The notes beneath the pieces were generated by a model, which was given only the letters and a program-made list of their open reading frames with translations, did no database searches and was not told the DNA's origin. The translations under genes and the position numbers were made by a program. Positions 1 through 22,578 of a stretch of 64,000 nucleotides of DNA are shown here, one piece after another (position 1 is the first letter of the stretch; every line of letters starts with the position of its first letter). Source of the stretch: Lingula anatina (lineage: Eukaryota; Animalia; Brachiopoda); assembly GCA_051362555.1 (NCBI GenBank), contig CM120649.1, positions 4,340,001 to 4,404,000 of the forward strand. The letters run 5' to 3'.

Positions 1-290
1 ACAGATACATACTTTTTAAATAAATGCTCTAACAGCACTATACTGTTGCTGGGGTGATACTCTTATGTCAAGCCCTGGAGGTGCTATTGTTATATATATC
101 TGTATTATTATACACTGCTGGTGATATATGATTGCATAAGAAGCATTTATTACTGTTTTCACTTTGAGTATAAATAAAAAAATTGGTAAACTACTACATA
201 GTGTTGAAATTTATACTACGTTTAGAAACACCTAGTAAAAGATAGATGAAAAATCAAGAGCTTCTTTGCATTACATGTCAATCCTTCAGT

Positions 291-967
291 TTATTCATTG
301 TCTCCAACAATGGGTTTACAAGTGAAGTTTACTAAATAACAACATATAACCCAGATTTTATTCAGTTCTGTAGCCATGGAGTTCGGAAATACAAACTGTA
401 ACAATCGAAAGTTTTTAATACGTTCTATCACGCGTTCAACATGAATACGCAATCTAGCAATACTCCTAGTTTCATCCTCTTCTTCAACAGACAGCTGTTC
501 CTTGCCCTGCAAAAAAGGTGGGATGTTTAACTTCACCTTTTTGCGTGCCAGATATTCATCAATTAAAAATCCACGGTCAGCCATGACTGAGTCCTGCTCA
601 TCCAGTCCGTCAATAAGTCCACTTTTCACAGTAATTTCCTTGTCGGACATTCTACCCGGAACTAAATCAGTAACCAAAGTAATAAACCCATTTGGAGCAA
701 TGCCAACTAAACCCTTTGCAGTGTTGTGGCTCTTATATGAGGAGTAGGTTTCTGACTGAACACGGAAGTGTGAGGGGGTTTGAATATAGATTTCAGTGCA
801 GTCAAGAATGATGCGGGTACTTGGATACTCCTGTTTGAAGCACTGTGGCATAAACTCATGGACAACATCCCTGGGGGGCCATATTGGTACATCACGTAGA
901 CCTCGATACATGAAGTCGAAGTAGGTGATGCAGATTCTTGAAACTGTGGAAGCATGGATACCAAATC
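291..967 (-). mobile_element. PIF/Harbinger (ISL2EU-like) DDE_Tnp_4 transposase, C-terminal catalytic exon; 5' part not found
   Basis: ORF 291..1001(-) has IILDCTE, YSSYKSHNTAKGLVGI, VMADRGF, LNIPPF and IARLRIHVERVI, so the D-D-E triad is intact. A minus-strand acceptor (ttttatatgttttattcag) opens the homologous part at about 967 (RFGIHASTVSR), so the ORF's first ~11 aa are probably intronic. Confidence 0.85.
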
Positions 968-1319
968 TGAATAAAACATATAAAATGAACAATAGTGGCA
1001 CATCCTAAATAAATATTTTTTTTACTATTTGTTTATAGCTTTCTTTTTTTCCTTTTATTTAATTTTATGAATTACTGACAAAATATTCTTAAATTTGTTT
1101 ACCTTCTTTATAGTAATTAATTTTGTGTGGTTTTAGACTATTTGTGGCTTTGCATTTGTTAGCTGTAGTAACAGCTTCATTGTGTGGAGTGCCACTTGTA
1201 AACTTTTAGGAGTGGAATATTTTGAAGGAGAGATCCACACATTAAAAAGCTATTATAAAACTGCTTGCACGTAGTCTATTCATTGAACTTATATCAATTT
1301 TTTTTTTTTACTTTTTCAG

Positions 1320-1349
1320 GAAGAAACTGTCCCAGGAAAGATAAAATAA
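1320..1349 (+). other. Possible terminal coding exon (EETVPGKIK*) of a gene starting upstream of the window
   Basis: Strong polypyrimidine acceptor (tttttttttactttttcag) ending at 1319, a short frame to TAA, then AT-rich UTR-like sequence with AATAAA near 1805. No homology evidence. Confidence 0.25.
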
Positions 1350-2315
1350 CAACTTTGAGTAAACAGAATTAAAAGGACATGGCTGCTTGGCAGTTATTCC
1401 TGTTTGGCCACTTTTCAAATTCTATTGAGGAAATGGACTTATTTTTGTCTAAAAGCACTTTCGATACTAGGCATTACATATATAATATTTATATGTGTGT
1501 GTATGAATGTAAAAAGAACAAAAAAAAAAAAAAGTGAATTCTAAGAATGCATTGCTGCATCCATTGTAAAATTTGCCATTTCCCTTTTCTGTGCTAGTAT
1601 ACATATTATGCCATGTGTAAACCTGTTAACTGAACAAGATGAAACTGAATTTTTATATGCACTTACAAAGGGTGAGATCGAAATCTTTGTTTATTTCTTT
1701 TTTTCTTTGACAAGCTCTTGGAATGGTGAATAGACCATGTTTGAAGGACCCCAGTCATAAATTATTGAATGTCTTTTACTTGTACAGAATGACGAAAAAA
1801 AAAAAAATAAATTTAATAATGATAATAACAATAAAAAATGGATTCAAAGAAATGTTGGTTGATTCTGCTGTCTTTGTGGAATGTATTGTTTGCAAGGTGC
1901 TGCCCTGAAAATTTCTATAGTCTAATGGTATTGAAATGACTGTATAACCTAAATAGTCTTTAAATTTATTTATTTATTTATTCTTTGAAAAGAAAATTAG
2001 ACATGATGAAAAGTTCTGCATATAGCAAATCCCTTTTAAAAATAGAAATTAACACTATTGTAAAGGTCAACTTACCTCCCCACTCCCCCTATTTTGATGA
2101 CCCGTTGAAATTTTTCATCGATCTTAAAGCAGAATACAGGATAAGTCCTGTCCTGGAAATTACATCATTATCCCTTTCGCTTTGAGACAGATGTCGACTT
2201 GATGCCTGTTTAAGAATTGCCTGAAAATAACTACCTGTTTTGAGTTCTTGAGCTCTTTTTAACATTTGGCATGAGCTGAACAGTCGTTTTTAGAAGTTGA
2301 AGTACACCGCCTTTA

Positions 2316-2530
2316 GACCCCATTTCCAGAGATTAGATCGATCTACTTTAGATCGACCTAACTCCCTGGGGGTTCACGCTAAATAGCTGTCAGCCGAGCG
2401 GACACGAAAGTTAATTACCCCCTTACAGCTTGTAGTAGGCGGGACGGATATTTAAGTCGGATCATCTGACAGTAATCTAGTGAGACTCCCCGCGGGGATA
2501 GATCGATCTAAAAATTCTGGGAATACAGCC
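2316..2530. mobile_element. Harbinger/Tourist-like MITE, family A, copy 1
   Basis: Imperfect terminal inverted repeats (catttccagagattagatcgatcta ... tagatcgatctaaaaattctgggaat), flanked by TTA/TAA. Reverse-complement copy at 52936-53149 and partial copy at about 42030-42090. Confidence 0.75.
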
Positions 2531-4105
2531 TAAGATTCCTCAACCTGGAGGCAGCCGAACGCAGGAGTCCAGCCACCGTTGTGTTAGGTGAGATTTTTAA
2601 TCATCATCACACTCTTGGTTGTGCTCCTTGCGCATCTGTAGCATTTCTGTAAAATATATATTTTTTTATATTCTGTCCTTGACCCGTATTATAATTTTGC
2701 CATTCACAATAACAATGTGCGATATTGTGGTGTTACCTATCATAGCAAAACTAAAAGACCTATCTATGTTTTCACGAAATCCCCGAATTTTTGATTTGAA
2801 GAACCAGCATATTACTTCAGGTTTCGTAGGCTGTGTAAAATATGAATCCGGTTCAAAGTTCGTAGTGTTGCTGGCTTCCCGTTCGTGTTGATATCTGAGA
2901 TGTGAGTAACCTTGCCAGAAGAGAGGTGAGTGTCATATCCTTAAGCAAGTAATCTTATAGAAAATGGGCCCTTGAAGCTTTTTCAGGTGTTTCTGCGTGT
3001 GGTTAATTTGGTTCAGTTTATCATTCACTAGAAGGATTTCTGTATTTATCAATTACAATGACAGACAAGGATAAAACCCAACAAGCGTGTGCAAATTCCC
3101 ACGTGACAAGGCAAGCTCAGGATTCGTTTGTATCTACATATATGATACACTCTACCAGGGTGGCAGATATATTATGTACAGGGAAAATTACCAAAAGCCA
3201 GAGAGAGTAAAATGACCGTCTATTTATATAAAGACGAATCTATGAAAATCTTGTGAAAAATCAAGAGGGTGCATATCATACGTGTTACGTGTAGTGCCAC
3301 TGGTTTAAATGTTAGCCTTTACGACCCCCCCCCCCCCCCCTCTCAGTATTTCTGTTTCCATTGCCATTTTGCTACTGGTGGAAATAATGCGATGCGGCAC
3401 CATTCATTCCTTCCTTCATTCATTCAACAAGACATAGTTTTCAATAATATAAATACTATAGTATATATGTTTTATAACAAGAGGGTATTATTGAATTGTT
3501 TTCTGTTTGCATGCAGCATATGCCAGCTAGTGTATGTACTAGTTTTTCCAATGAGTTTGATTCAGCAGCATTTAATTTATAATAGTCAATATTTTTTAAA
3601 AGCATTATTGCAAAAAGAATTAGCATAAATTTGTTTTTACATGGAACACCACTAGCTATTGGCTTTGTGCATTTTCAGCTATATAGGCTGCATCTCTCTC
3701 TCCCCCCCCCCCCCACCAACTCTCCCCCCTCCTCCCAGCTGAAGAATAATATCTCCTCCCCTGCCCCCCCCCCCCAAAAAAAAAAAAAAATTAACTTTAT
3801 GGTGTTGCAAGCAAATGAGACAAATCCAATTAAATTTTCCATCTCAGTGTCTGCATGCATACATCATATGACAGTAAATTTGTATTTTTAATTCTACCAT
3901 TTACATATACCGGTATGCTCAGCGCGGCAAGACAAAGAAGAAATAAATAAATCAATAAATAAATAAATAAATAATCTTTATGCTCTCTCCCCACCCTACC
4001 CCAATACCCAAAGACTGAAACCCCAAGTGACACGTACTGTAAAGTTGCATACTGAAAATACTCACAGATGTTCTTCCTTTGTTCTTTCAGATATAGCCTA
4101 CAATT

Positions 4106-14689
<10,584 letters not shown>

Positions 14690-15903
14690 CATTTTTTGGT
14701 AGAAAACTCTGTATGTAGGGTTTGGCGTTATGTTCATATAAGGTGACAATTGTTATGTACTAGTAGATGTTATGTGCTATTCTAGAACTGTATTATAAGA
14801 AGCCAAAAATTGGTCTTTAATCTTTAAGGCTGTACATTTTAACTACTTTGACCACAGATTAATCTAAAGTGGGTAAACTAAATAATGTGAGTATTGGACA
14901 TAATTTAGGTCAACAGTTGCTCTATTTTTTGTGAATGACTAAAGATTTATCCTGGATTAAGCTATGACTGTATTTTTTGTCTTAAGGTTAAGACCTATTT
15001 TCGATGTATTTGTAAATTTTGCATCAAACTGTGCCTGTTATTTGTTCAGAACAAACTGCTCATGAAGATCAAATTTTCAGGAGGATAAAAATTTTTATAT
15101 AGATTGTATCCTAGTGCAGCTTTTGTGTAATTTTTGTTAACTTGGACAGGGATTTTTTTCTTTAGTGACACTTTTAAATACTTGTTGAACAGCATTAAGT
15201 GACACTTTGACTAGAATCAAGTGAGGAATGAGAAAAGCAATCATTCTGAACACTTATTTTGTAAGCAGTAAGGATTTCTCTTGACGCTAGTTATAAAAAT
15301 GTAGGTAAAACAACAATAAACCACCTTGGCTGATGTCTTTTTCAGTGTAATATAAAGTTGACTTATCTTTATAGAAAGTTTCTGTTTTGGAAAATACATT
15401 AGTAGTTATTTACTGCTCATTGCTGAGCCTGGAATTGTGGAATTGAACAAACACTGCCTTTAAGGGTGCCAAGATTTAAAATTTAAACATACTTTTGTGT
15501 AAAACTAGGCTTTATTTATTTTCAGTCTGCCAGATATTTGGCCATTTCTCTTTTGAAGTGCATTTGAAATGATAAAAAATTCATACATGCTAGTGTTCAT
15601 GATATTCAAGTCTTCAGTTTAGGGGAATTCTACAGTTTTTTACCCCTAGCCAACCACATCCAGTGGATTTTGTAACTTTTACATTTTTAGGCTTCTATCA
15701 AAATACGTCTTTGATTAGAATGGCAAAAATGTTGCCATTGTTTGAAAAATTGACTGTTGCTTTATTGTAATAACAATGACCACTGTAATATTTATGACAT
15801 TATTGTAGCTTAATATCAGCTTTTTGAGCTTTCATGCTCTGTTATTATTATTATTGTTACTGTTATTGTAAGCATTGTCACTACAGTTACACTTCGCTTT
15901 TAT

Positions 15904-16107
15904 GGGCTCAGTCCAAATTAAACTATCATTCACGTAGAACGATCCAACTCTGCAGAGACTCTCGCTGAATGCAATCAGATTAACAGATCAACGCCGCCTC
16001 CTGGCGCTCAGTAGAATGCAGTAAAGCTGGTGATTATATATGTTTGCTGTAAACTAAAGGAGTTGGATCAATCTACATAGAACGATAGTATTATTTGGAA
16101 TGAGCCC
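15904..16107. mobile_element. Harbinger-like MITE, family C, in the presumed ACSL 3' UTR
   Basis: About 48-bp imperfect TIRs (gggctcagtccaaat... / ...atttggaatgagccc), flanked by TAT on both sides. Internal sequence is related to 44225-44489 and 53156-53235. Confidence 0.75.
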
Positions 16108-16266
16108 TATGTCAGCATATATATATATATATATATATACTTTAAATGTAATACAGGTCATATTCCATATCTATTTTTGTGCTAGGTTTGATACTGTTAT
16201 CACAGTGCTTCTGGTGGTGCTAGTAGAATCCCAAGATGACCGTTGGGGATAGTGCAGTTTGCAGTT

Positions 16267-16434
16267 CAGGGACGTATCCAGAGATATTTTCTGGCAGTCT
16301 TCTAAATTATCTTTGTTAATCCATCCTCCATTTTTGACCGTCTTCCGACAGAAAACATTAGATACCCGTCAATGTAAACTTAAAAATCTGACCGTCTTCC
16401 GGAAGACCCAGAAGACGGCCTAAATCCGCCCCTG
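16267..16434. mobile_element. hAT-like MITE
   Basis: Ends cagggacgtat / atccgcccctg; 8-bp flanks ttgcagtt and gtgctgtt match 6/8. Inverted copy at 17932-18076 and fragment at about 37745-37820. Confidence 0.7.
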
Positions 16435-17323
16435 GTGCTGTTAGTATATTTCTATATATTATATTATGTCCTGTATGTTGATGTAGGAAAAATAGTGCCA
16501 GTTGTTTCCATCAGTCCAGAAACCTCTATTGGAGCTTATATTATGTAGTAATGCTGAGGGAAAGATTCTTTTTGTGTACATGTAAAATGTAGATGCAAAA
16601 TACCGTGCTTGGTGGCTGTTTTGCAGCTTCACTGTTCACTTGATCACAAACAGTCGTCCAGCATTGTTCCATCCAAATGGAAGTCCTCTTCGGTGCATTT
16701 TTTTAAAAAAGTGTTTATTGTTACGTGATCTGTATTTTGGTCGCGGCTTGTTGCTCAAAAATTTTCAGTGAAGAATAATACATGACGCTTTTTATTCCCT
16801 AATATATGTATATGGAGTGAGCTTCTCCGCGTCCTGTTCTTCATGATGTAACGGGTATATAGTCTAAGGCGTGATGGAATATCTTGCTTTCACAACTAAG
16901 CTGATAAGTTGGACTATACTAGTCTGTGTTTGCACAAAGGTCAAATGATAACAAGCACACGCACACACACGTGGACAGGCGTGCACTGGAACGTACATGG
17001 ACATACGCAAATACTCTCATGCATGCTCGCAAACATACATGTTGTGCTATTCTAGCTCAAAAGATGAGCACACATACACACACACATTCGAGCGCGCACA
17101 CTCAAGAACACAGTATGTTAAAGAAATGCTTCAGCGTAGTCTTCATGTAAGTGCATATCAGAATGAATCAATATTATATCAGGCAGATACATGTATGCAT
17201 TTATGTTGCTCATTTTGTAACCTATTAAAGGGATAATAAACGATGTTTCCAAACAAGTTCGCTTGTATCCATTGATCAATGGCAATTCGTCACAAATGTA
17301 TGTAAAAGTGAAATATTAATTAC

Positions 17324-17357
<34 letters not shown>

Positions 17358-17620
17358 GTAATGAATTTTAAATAAAAAATCAAAACTACCTGGCCACGTG
17401 ATCATGACCCTGTAGGCCTACACGTGTTCTTGGTAGGATATACCCGGTACGTGTATGAATGCCAGTTGGTCAAATCAAATAATGAAATTATAATTAACGC
17501 CACTCTCACTCTCGAATTACTTTGATTCATTAACTAACACTGAAAAGGAATTGTACGTCTCGGCCAAAAATAATTGTTCAATTTTGTGGGTTTTCTCGAG
17601 TGCGCCGTTGGGAGAAGAGT

Positions 17621-17675
<55 letters not shown>

Positions 17676-17931
17676 GGGAACGGCGGCATTCAATTCTAAG
17701 GAAACTTGAATACACGTCCAAAAATGGACTTAGAATTATACCCCTGACATCTTCTGCATGTACTTAGCATTTTACCGCGTGCTGCTGCCGTGCTTGTTTC
17801 CCTAAATGGGCCAGATTTTGACCCAAAAGGGTTATAAATTAAGTAGAGGAGGCCGGGGACGTGGTTAGCGATAACGTTAGGTCATTAACCGGTGTGTATG
17901 TACTTTAAAATATTCATGTAATAGACTATTG

Positions 17932-18076
17932 AGGCCGTCTTCTGGGTCTTCCGGAATACGGTCAGATTTTGAAGTTTACATTGATGGGCATCTAATTTTT
18001 TCAGTCGGAAGACGGTTAAAATGGAGGATTAACAAAGATAATTTGGAAGACTGTCAGAAAATATCTTTGGATCCGT
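17932..18076. mobile_element. hAT-like MITE, inverted copy of 16267-16434 with eroded ends
   Basis: Reverse-complement similarity over about 145 bp (aggccgtcttctgggtcttccggaa ... aaaatatctttggat). Confidence 0.75.
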
Positions 18077-18527
18077 AGTAATTTGAATATATAAATTCAT
18101 CCTTTCGCGAGTTTTTACAACCTATTTTACTTCTTTTAGATTAAAATGTTTTTTCTTTTTATTCCATTCTTTATTTAAAGAAAGCTATTTCATGTGTAAA
18201 TTGTTTTATTTATTTATTTATTCAGTAGTATTTTCTTTTTATCATTATCGTAATCAAGATTGTAAGTTGTATTGGTGGGCACAGTAGCCCATGGGTTTGC
18301 GGCACTTCATGCGTGCTTGTTAACTGTCTTTGTAAGGAATTTATTTTATTTAATTACTGCCCCCTCAAGAATCTTGAAGATTAATGAAAATATCGCGAAG
18401 GAAAGTACTAAACAATTGATTGTTGTTTCAATACTGAGAAGGCTCACGTTCATTGCTTCTGACATAATGTTTTTTTGACATTATGAGCGAAATTTGATCT
18501 ATGTGAACTTATATATAATTGTCATTG

Positions 18528-18756
18528 TGACGTCACTATGGGTATTTCATTTTTATAATGTCGACTTCATCGAGTATATTTTAGACGGCATAAGATATAT
18601 TGACCTTACTGCTTCGCTATTTTACCTGAATAATAACGACTAAACTGGAGCGAAATTTTATTTATAATAAAGGACGATTTTTAAGTGAGTTAGGTTTTTT
18701 AAATATTTTTTTCAATCGCGAAAAAGCGTTATTCTCGCGTCAGCATTGTGACGTCA
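18528..18756 (+). promoter_or_regulatory. Two CRE palindromes (TGACGTCA at 18528 and 18749) upstream of the orphan ORF
   Basis: Both lie in an identical cattgtgacgtca context, about 310 and 90 bp before the ATG at 18839. Function is inferred only. Confidence 0.4.
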
Positions 18757-18838
18757 TCTTCAGTCGACCGCCATCCCAAGTTTGGATAGCTCGATTGCGC
18801 TGTCACTGCTTAGTTGTGTCAGAGAAGACTTAATAAAA

Positions 18839-19895
18839 ATGAGTAATTTGCAGAGATTCGTCTTTAGAAATTTACGGGAAAGGTAAGTTAATTTGTGTAT
18901 TATTTTTTAACGCCATGCCTATTAATTAAAAAAGAAAATTGGGACTTGTGTTTTTGCAAGGTCTATACCGGTTGGAGCGTAACTGAGAAGTTAAGTGTAA
19001 AAGGGATGTATCTATGTACGGAACCTTTCTCCATCGCTTTAGCAATGGACTTTTATATAAATAAATTAAAAGATATAAAAAATAAGAAAATATCGGAAGA
19101 GGGTGGGATGATGGGAAGGGAAGAAGTGTCTGAAGCCAGTGTAAGGCATAAAGAGGAAGGAAAGTTATTAATTATTTTTTACATATCAATTTCAGTTTTT
19201 GGAGTCAGTTTATTGAAGAATTAGATTATTTGCAAGTTTTGAAGAATTGAAACAATGTCTGTAAGATGTTTCATATTGACAAGGAGGTTACGCTCAAAGA
19301 TAAGTGGTTGATTTCATCTCGTCATTTTGTACTCCCTCTCTCTATCTCCCCGTTTCGCTCCTTTTTTGTCTCAAAACTATATATATATTCAATTATTTCA
19401 TTCAGCCAAAATGGTTCTCCTGTGAGACTACCAGGCATTCTTGATGCCAGAAGAAGGACCCCTTCCCCGGTGCCAATGGCATTTAGAGGGACAGCGACTC
19501 AGGTCCATCTTCCAAGGCTGACTCCAATGCCGCTCGCCCCTCACCCACCAACGGCCCCTCGGCCATCAGTTCTACGGCCCTTGGGTCGCCCTGTCACTCC
19601 TGCGGACATAGGCGCGCGGCCCCACAGGCGACCACGGTGTGGTGCTGGAGTCCAGAATTCCCTGACCACTGGACACAGGACAACCACCATGCGTTCCATC
19701 GAAGACCATGTCCATTATTTCCAGAGCAGGAATAATCCTCTGAGAGCTCTCCACCATGCTCGGCCTCCCACTCGACGGGACCCATGTGCAGGCCTGGACG
19801 ACATCTCCGGACCTCGTCCCGCGGGCCTCGAGAATTCCACTGATGCTAGACCAAGCACCCGCCGAAAACCTCGAAGACACGGGCGAAGGGTGTGA
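18839..19895 (+). CDS. Candidate two-exon orphan gene, 177-aa basic Arg/Pro-rich low-complexity protein
   Basis: Exon 1 is 18839-18882 (aaaaATG start, donor AG|gtaagt). It joins in phase to exon 2, 19406-19895 (acceptor attatttcattcag), a GC-rich stop-free block within AT-rich DNA. Protein: MSNLQRFVFRNLRESQNGSPVRLPG...RRKPRRHGRRV. AATAAA near 20097 and 20419. No family recognised. Confidence 0.6.
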
Positions 19896-19976
19896 ATACT
19901 TTGCCAGGGGGGAGAACTTTGACAGGGAGGGAGAGAAAGGGGTTGCGGGAGGAGGGAGGGGGGCTCATATAATATA

Positions 19977-20091
<115 letters not shown>

Positions 20092-20605
20092 TTATTAATA
20101 AAATATTGAAAAAAGGGGATGGGGAGAGGAGGAAGGGGGCACTTATATAATATGTGATAAAGAAAATACATTTTATGTAAATAAATGAAAAGATATAAAA
20201 ACTAGGAAAATATCGAGAGAAGGAGGGGAGATAGGAAGAGAAGTGTCTACAGCCAGTGTAAGGCATAAAGAGGGAAGGAAGTTTTTTCTGGGGGAGGGGG
20301 AGGGGGAAGAGAAACATTTTCATATCAAACAGCAATGTGTTCTCTCTTTGCTCCATTTCAGGGAGCAACATGTACCATATCCTGTACATATGTATATTTT
20401 TTAATTTAACTTTTGTACAATAAAAAACTTGACTTACAGATATATTTTTTTAGTTGAAAGTTTCCCTGGGAAACGGAGAGTATTGCATTAATATAAAGGG
20501 GCTCTCGTGGGACCGGGCATATAACATTTTGTAAAAAATAAATTAACTGAACATATGAGTTACCTGTTACGGTATTCAGACCGGTGTGTGTGTGTGTGGG
20601 TGTGT

Positions 20606-20636
<31 letters not shown>

Positions 20637-21251
20637 GGGGGACCTGCCCAATGATATAATGATATTAGCCAAATGTACGTCGTTTTTCCTGAATGGGCAG
20701 CCCATGCTCACCCCGCTTTCCCAGCCCAGCCCAGCCCACTTACGATGTGTTTCTTAGCTGCAATATTCATCTGTTTTGACCATGTTAAAAACATGATATC
20801 GGCGGTTTATATACATATTTATCACCCAATAACAGTAATATAAGACATAAAATAAAGGTCAAGCAAAGTAAATAATAGTTGTAAAATAAAATGATGGATA
20901 AGCAATAAAAATCCAGGTCACAAAACACCCGAGTAACTCATTTTGAACTTTCCATTCGGTGAAATGTTTTTTCACTTCCTTTTGTGTAATAATAATAAAA
21001 ATCAGTTTCGTGTAAAATTTGCGTCCTACGCGCCTGAATAACGACATATTCAGTATAACAATAAACATCTAACGTAATAATAGGCCTACTTAAAATACAC
21101 TTAATGTGTTTACTCTCAATGAGACAATCTTGCGACAGAGGCCCTTTGGTGAAGGGCCAGGATTTTTGATTGTCTAAAAAACTGCAGCTTTATGAAGGCC
21201 TGTTTGGGACAGAAGATCATGGGCATACAATATCATGTACAAGGGATATAA

Positions 21252-21508
21252 GAGACCATTCCCAGAGACTATCGTACTAACTTTGGATCAATCTATCTCC
21301 AAGGGGTTTCTCACTAAATTGCTATCAACTTAAGCGGCTTAGATATCTCGCACGCCCACTGAAACTGTTAGAGGGTAATTTACTATCGTTTAGCGGCTTC
21401 AGAAGGCGTGCCAGACATATAAGCCGTTTAAGCTAAAAACAATTTAGTGAGAAACCTCTTGGAGATGGGTCGATCCAGTTAGGTCGATCTAGGCATGGGA
21501 GCCTAGTC
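21252..21508. mobile_element. Harbinger/Tourist-like MITE, family B, copy 2
   Basis: TAA...TAA flanks; internal inverted repeat ctccaaggggtttctcactaaattg / caatttagtgagaaacctcttggag; collinear with 4627-4865. Confidence 0.78.
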
Positions 21509-22578
21509 TAAGTAAACGTATACTCTTATCGAAACAAACACTTTACTACCAAATTTCGACTCACGCAGTAAATTATCAGCTGATGTACCACTTCCGCAAG
21601 GTTTGAACTACTAGTGGGTCGATTACTGTAAAATAAAATGATAGATGAAGAAAAATAGAAATAGAAAGAATGAAAACTAACGATAGTATAAATTAGATTA
21701 ATAAAACGAATCATGTATAATGCTGCTGGGAGCTAAGCTTGTAACTAGGCCTGCAAGTTTGACCTAGCAACGGCGCGCAAAAGTAGCATGTGAATTTTTC
21801 AACCTGTCGTTACGTAACTTATCTTAATGACTTGAGGACAAGGCCCCCAGACAGCTAGGACCTGAATAATACTGTAGCACAGGGAGTGTTACACGGCAAA
21901 CAGGCGGCGGACTGTCGTGACAGAGACGTGTACTTGAAGGCAACGTAAGCAAAGGAAGGTTTGTATATATATATTTGTATATATAAATAAACTAGAAAAG
22001 CGCTAACAGAATGCAGACCTCCGTCAAGACAAGTAATCAACTTTTAATTAAATATTGGTTAATTAATGGGTCATCATCAGAATCTGATCACCTTTAGCTT
22101 AGCAAATTTCGTACCTATCATGAACAGTTCAAAACTAGTCCATAGATTTTTGTATAATGTTGCTAACAGACAGACAAATTAACAAACAAACTAAATCCTT
22201 GGCGGAGGAAATTAAAGCTTTCAAGGATATATGTAAATGAGTTCGATTATAGGTAAATAGGTTTTGAAAGAACATAGAACATAATGCCTAACAACATTTA
22301 TTTAAGTTTTTAAAACCTTCTTATAATTATAACATATTGCAACATTCAAAATTTATATTTCTTTATCCATCTAGTTTATTCATGAATTCTATGTCCAGAA
22401 CTGACAGCGAAAGTTAGGCTTTACCACTAAAGTAATGAAATCAACTTTGTTAAATTTGTCCTTGTAAATTTTGCTTGGCATTTTGTTCGACATGCACTAA
22501 ATGAATAAAAGGCCTTTTAAGGAATTTAACATAAGTTACCTTTAAAGAATTTATTCCAGGAGATAGCACACAGGAGAG

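Noticed and set aside
1102-1260. Minus-strand segment ending in AAG|gtaaac as the upstream transposase exon
   Set aside because: The phase needed to join the 967 acceptor contains a stop, and the peptide shows no transposase similarity.
17623-17674. Run of about 50 G as a functional G-quadruplex
   Set aside because: G/C homopolymers are scattered through the window and their lengths are unreliable in assemblies; no specific support.
19266-19405. N-terminal 47 aa of the 209-aa ORF in the track
   Set aside because: AT-rich and ends in a polypyrimidine tract plus AG; better explained as intron.
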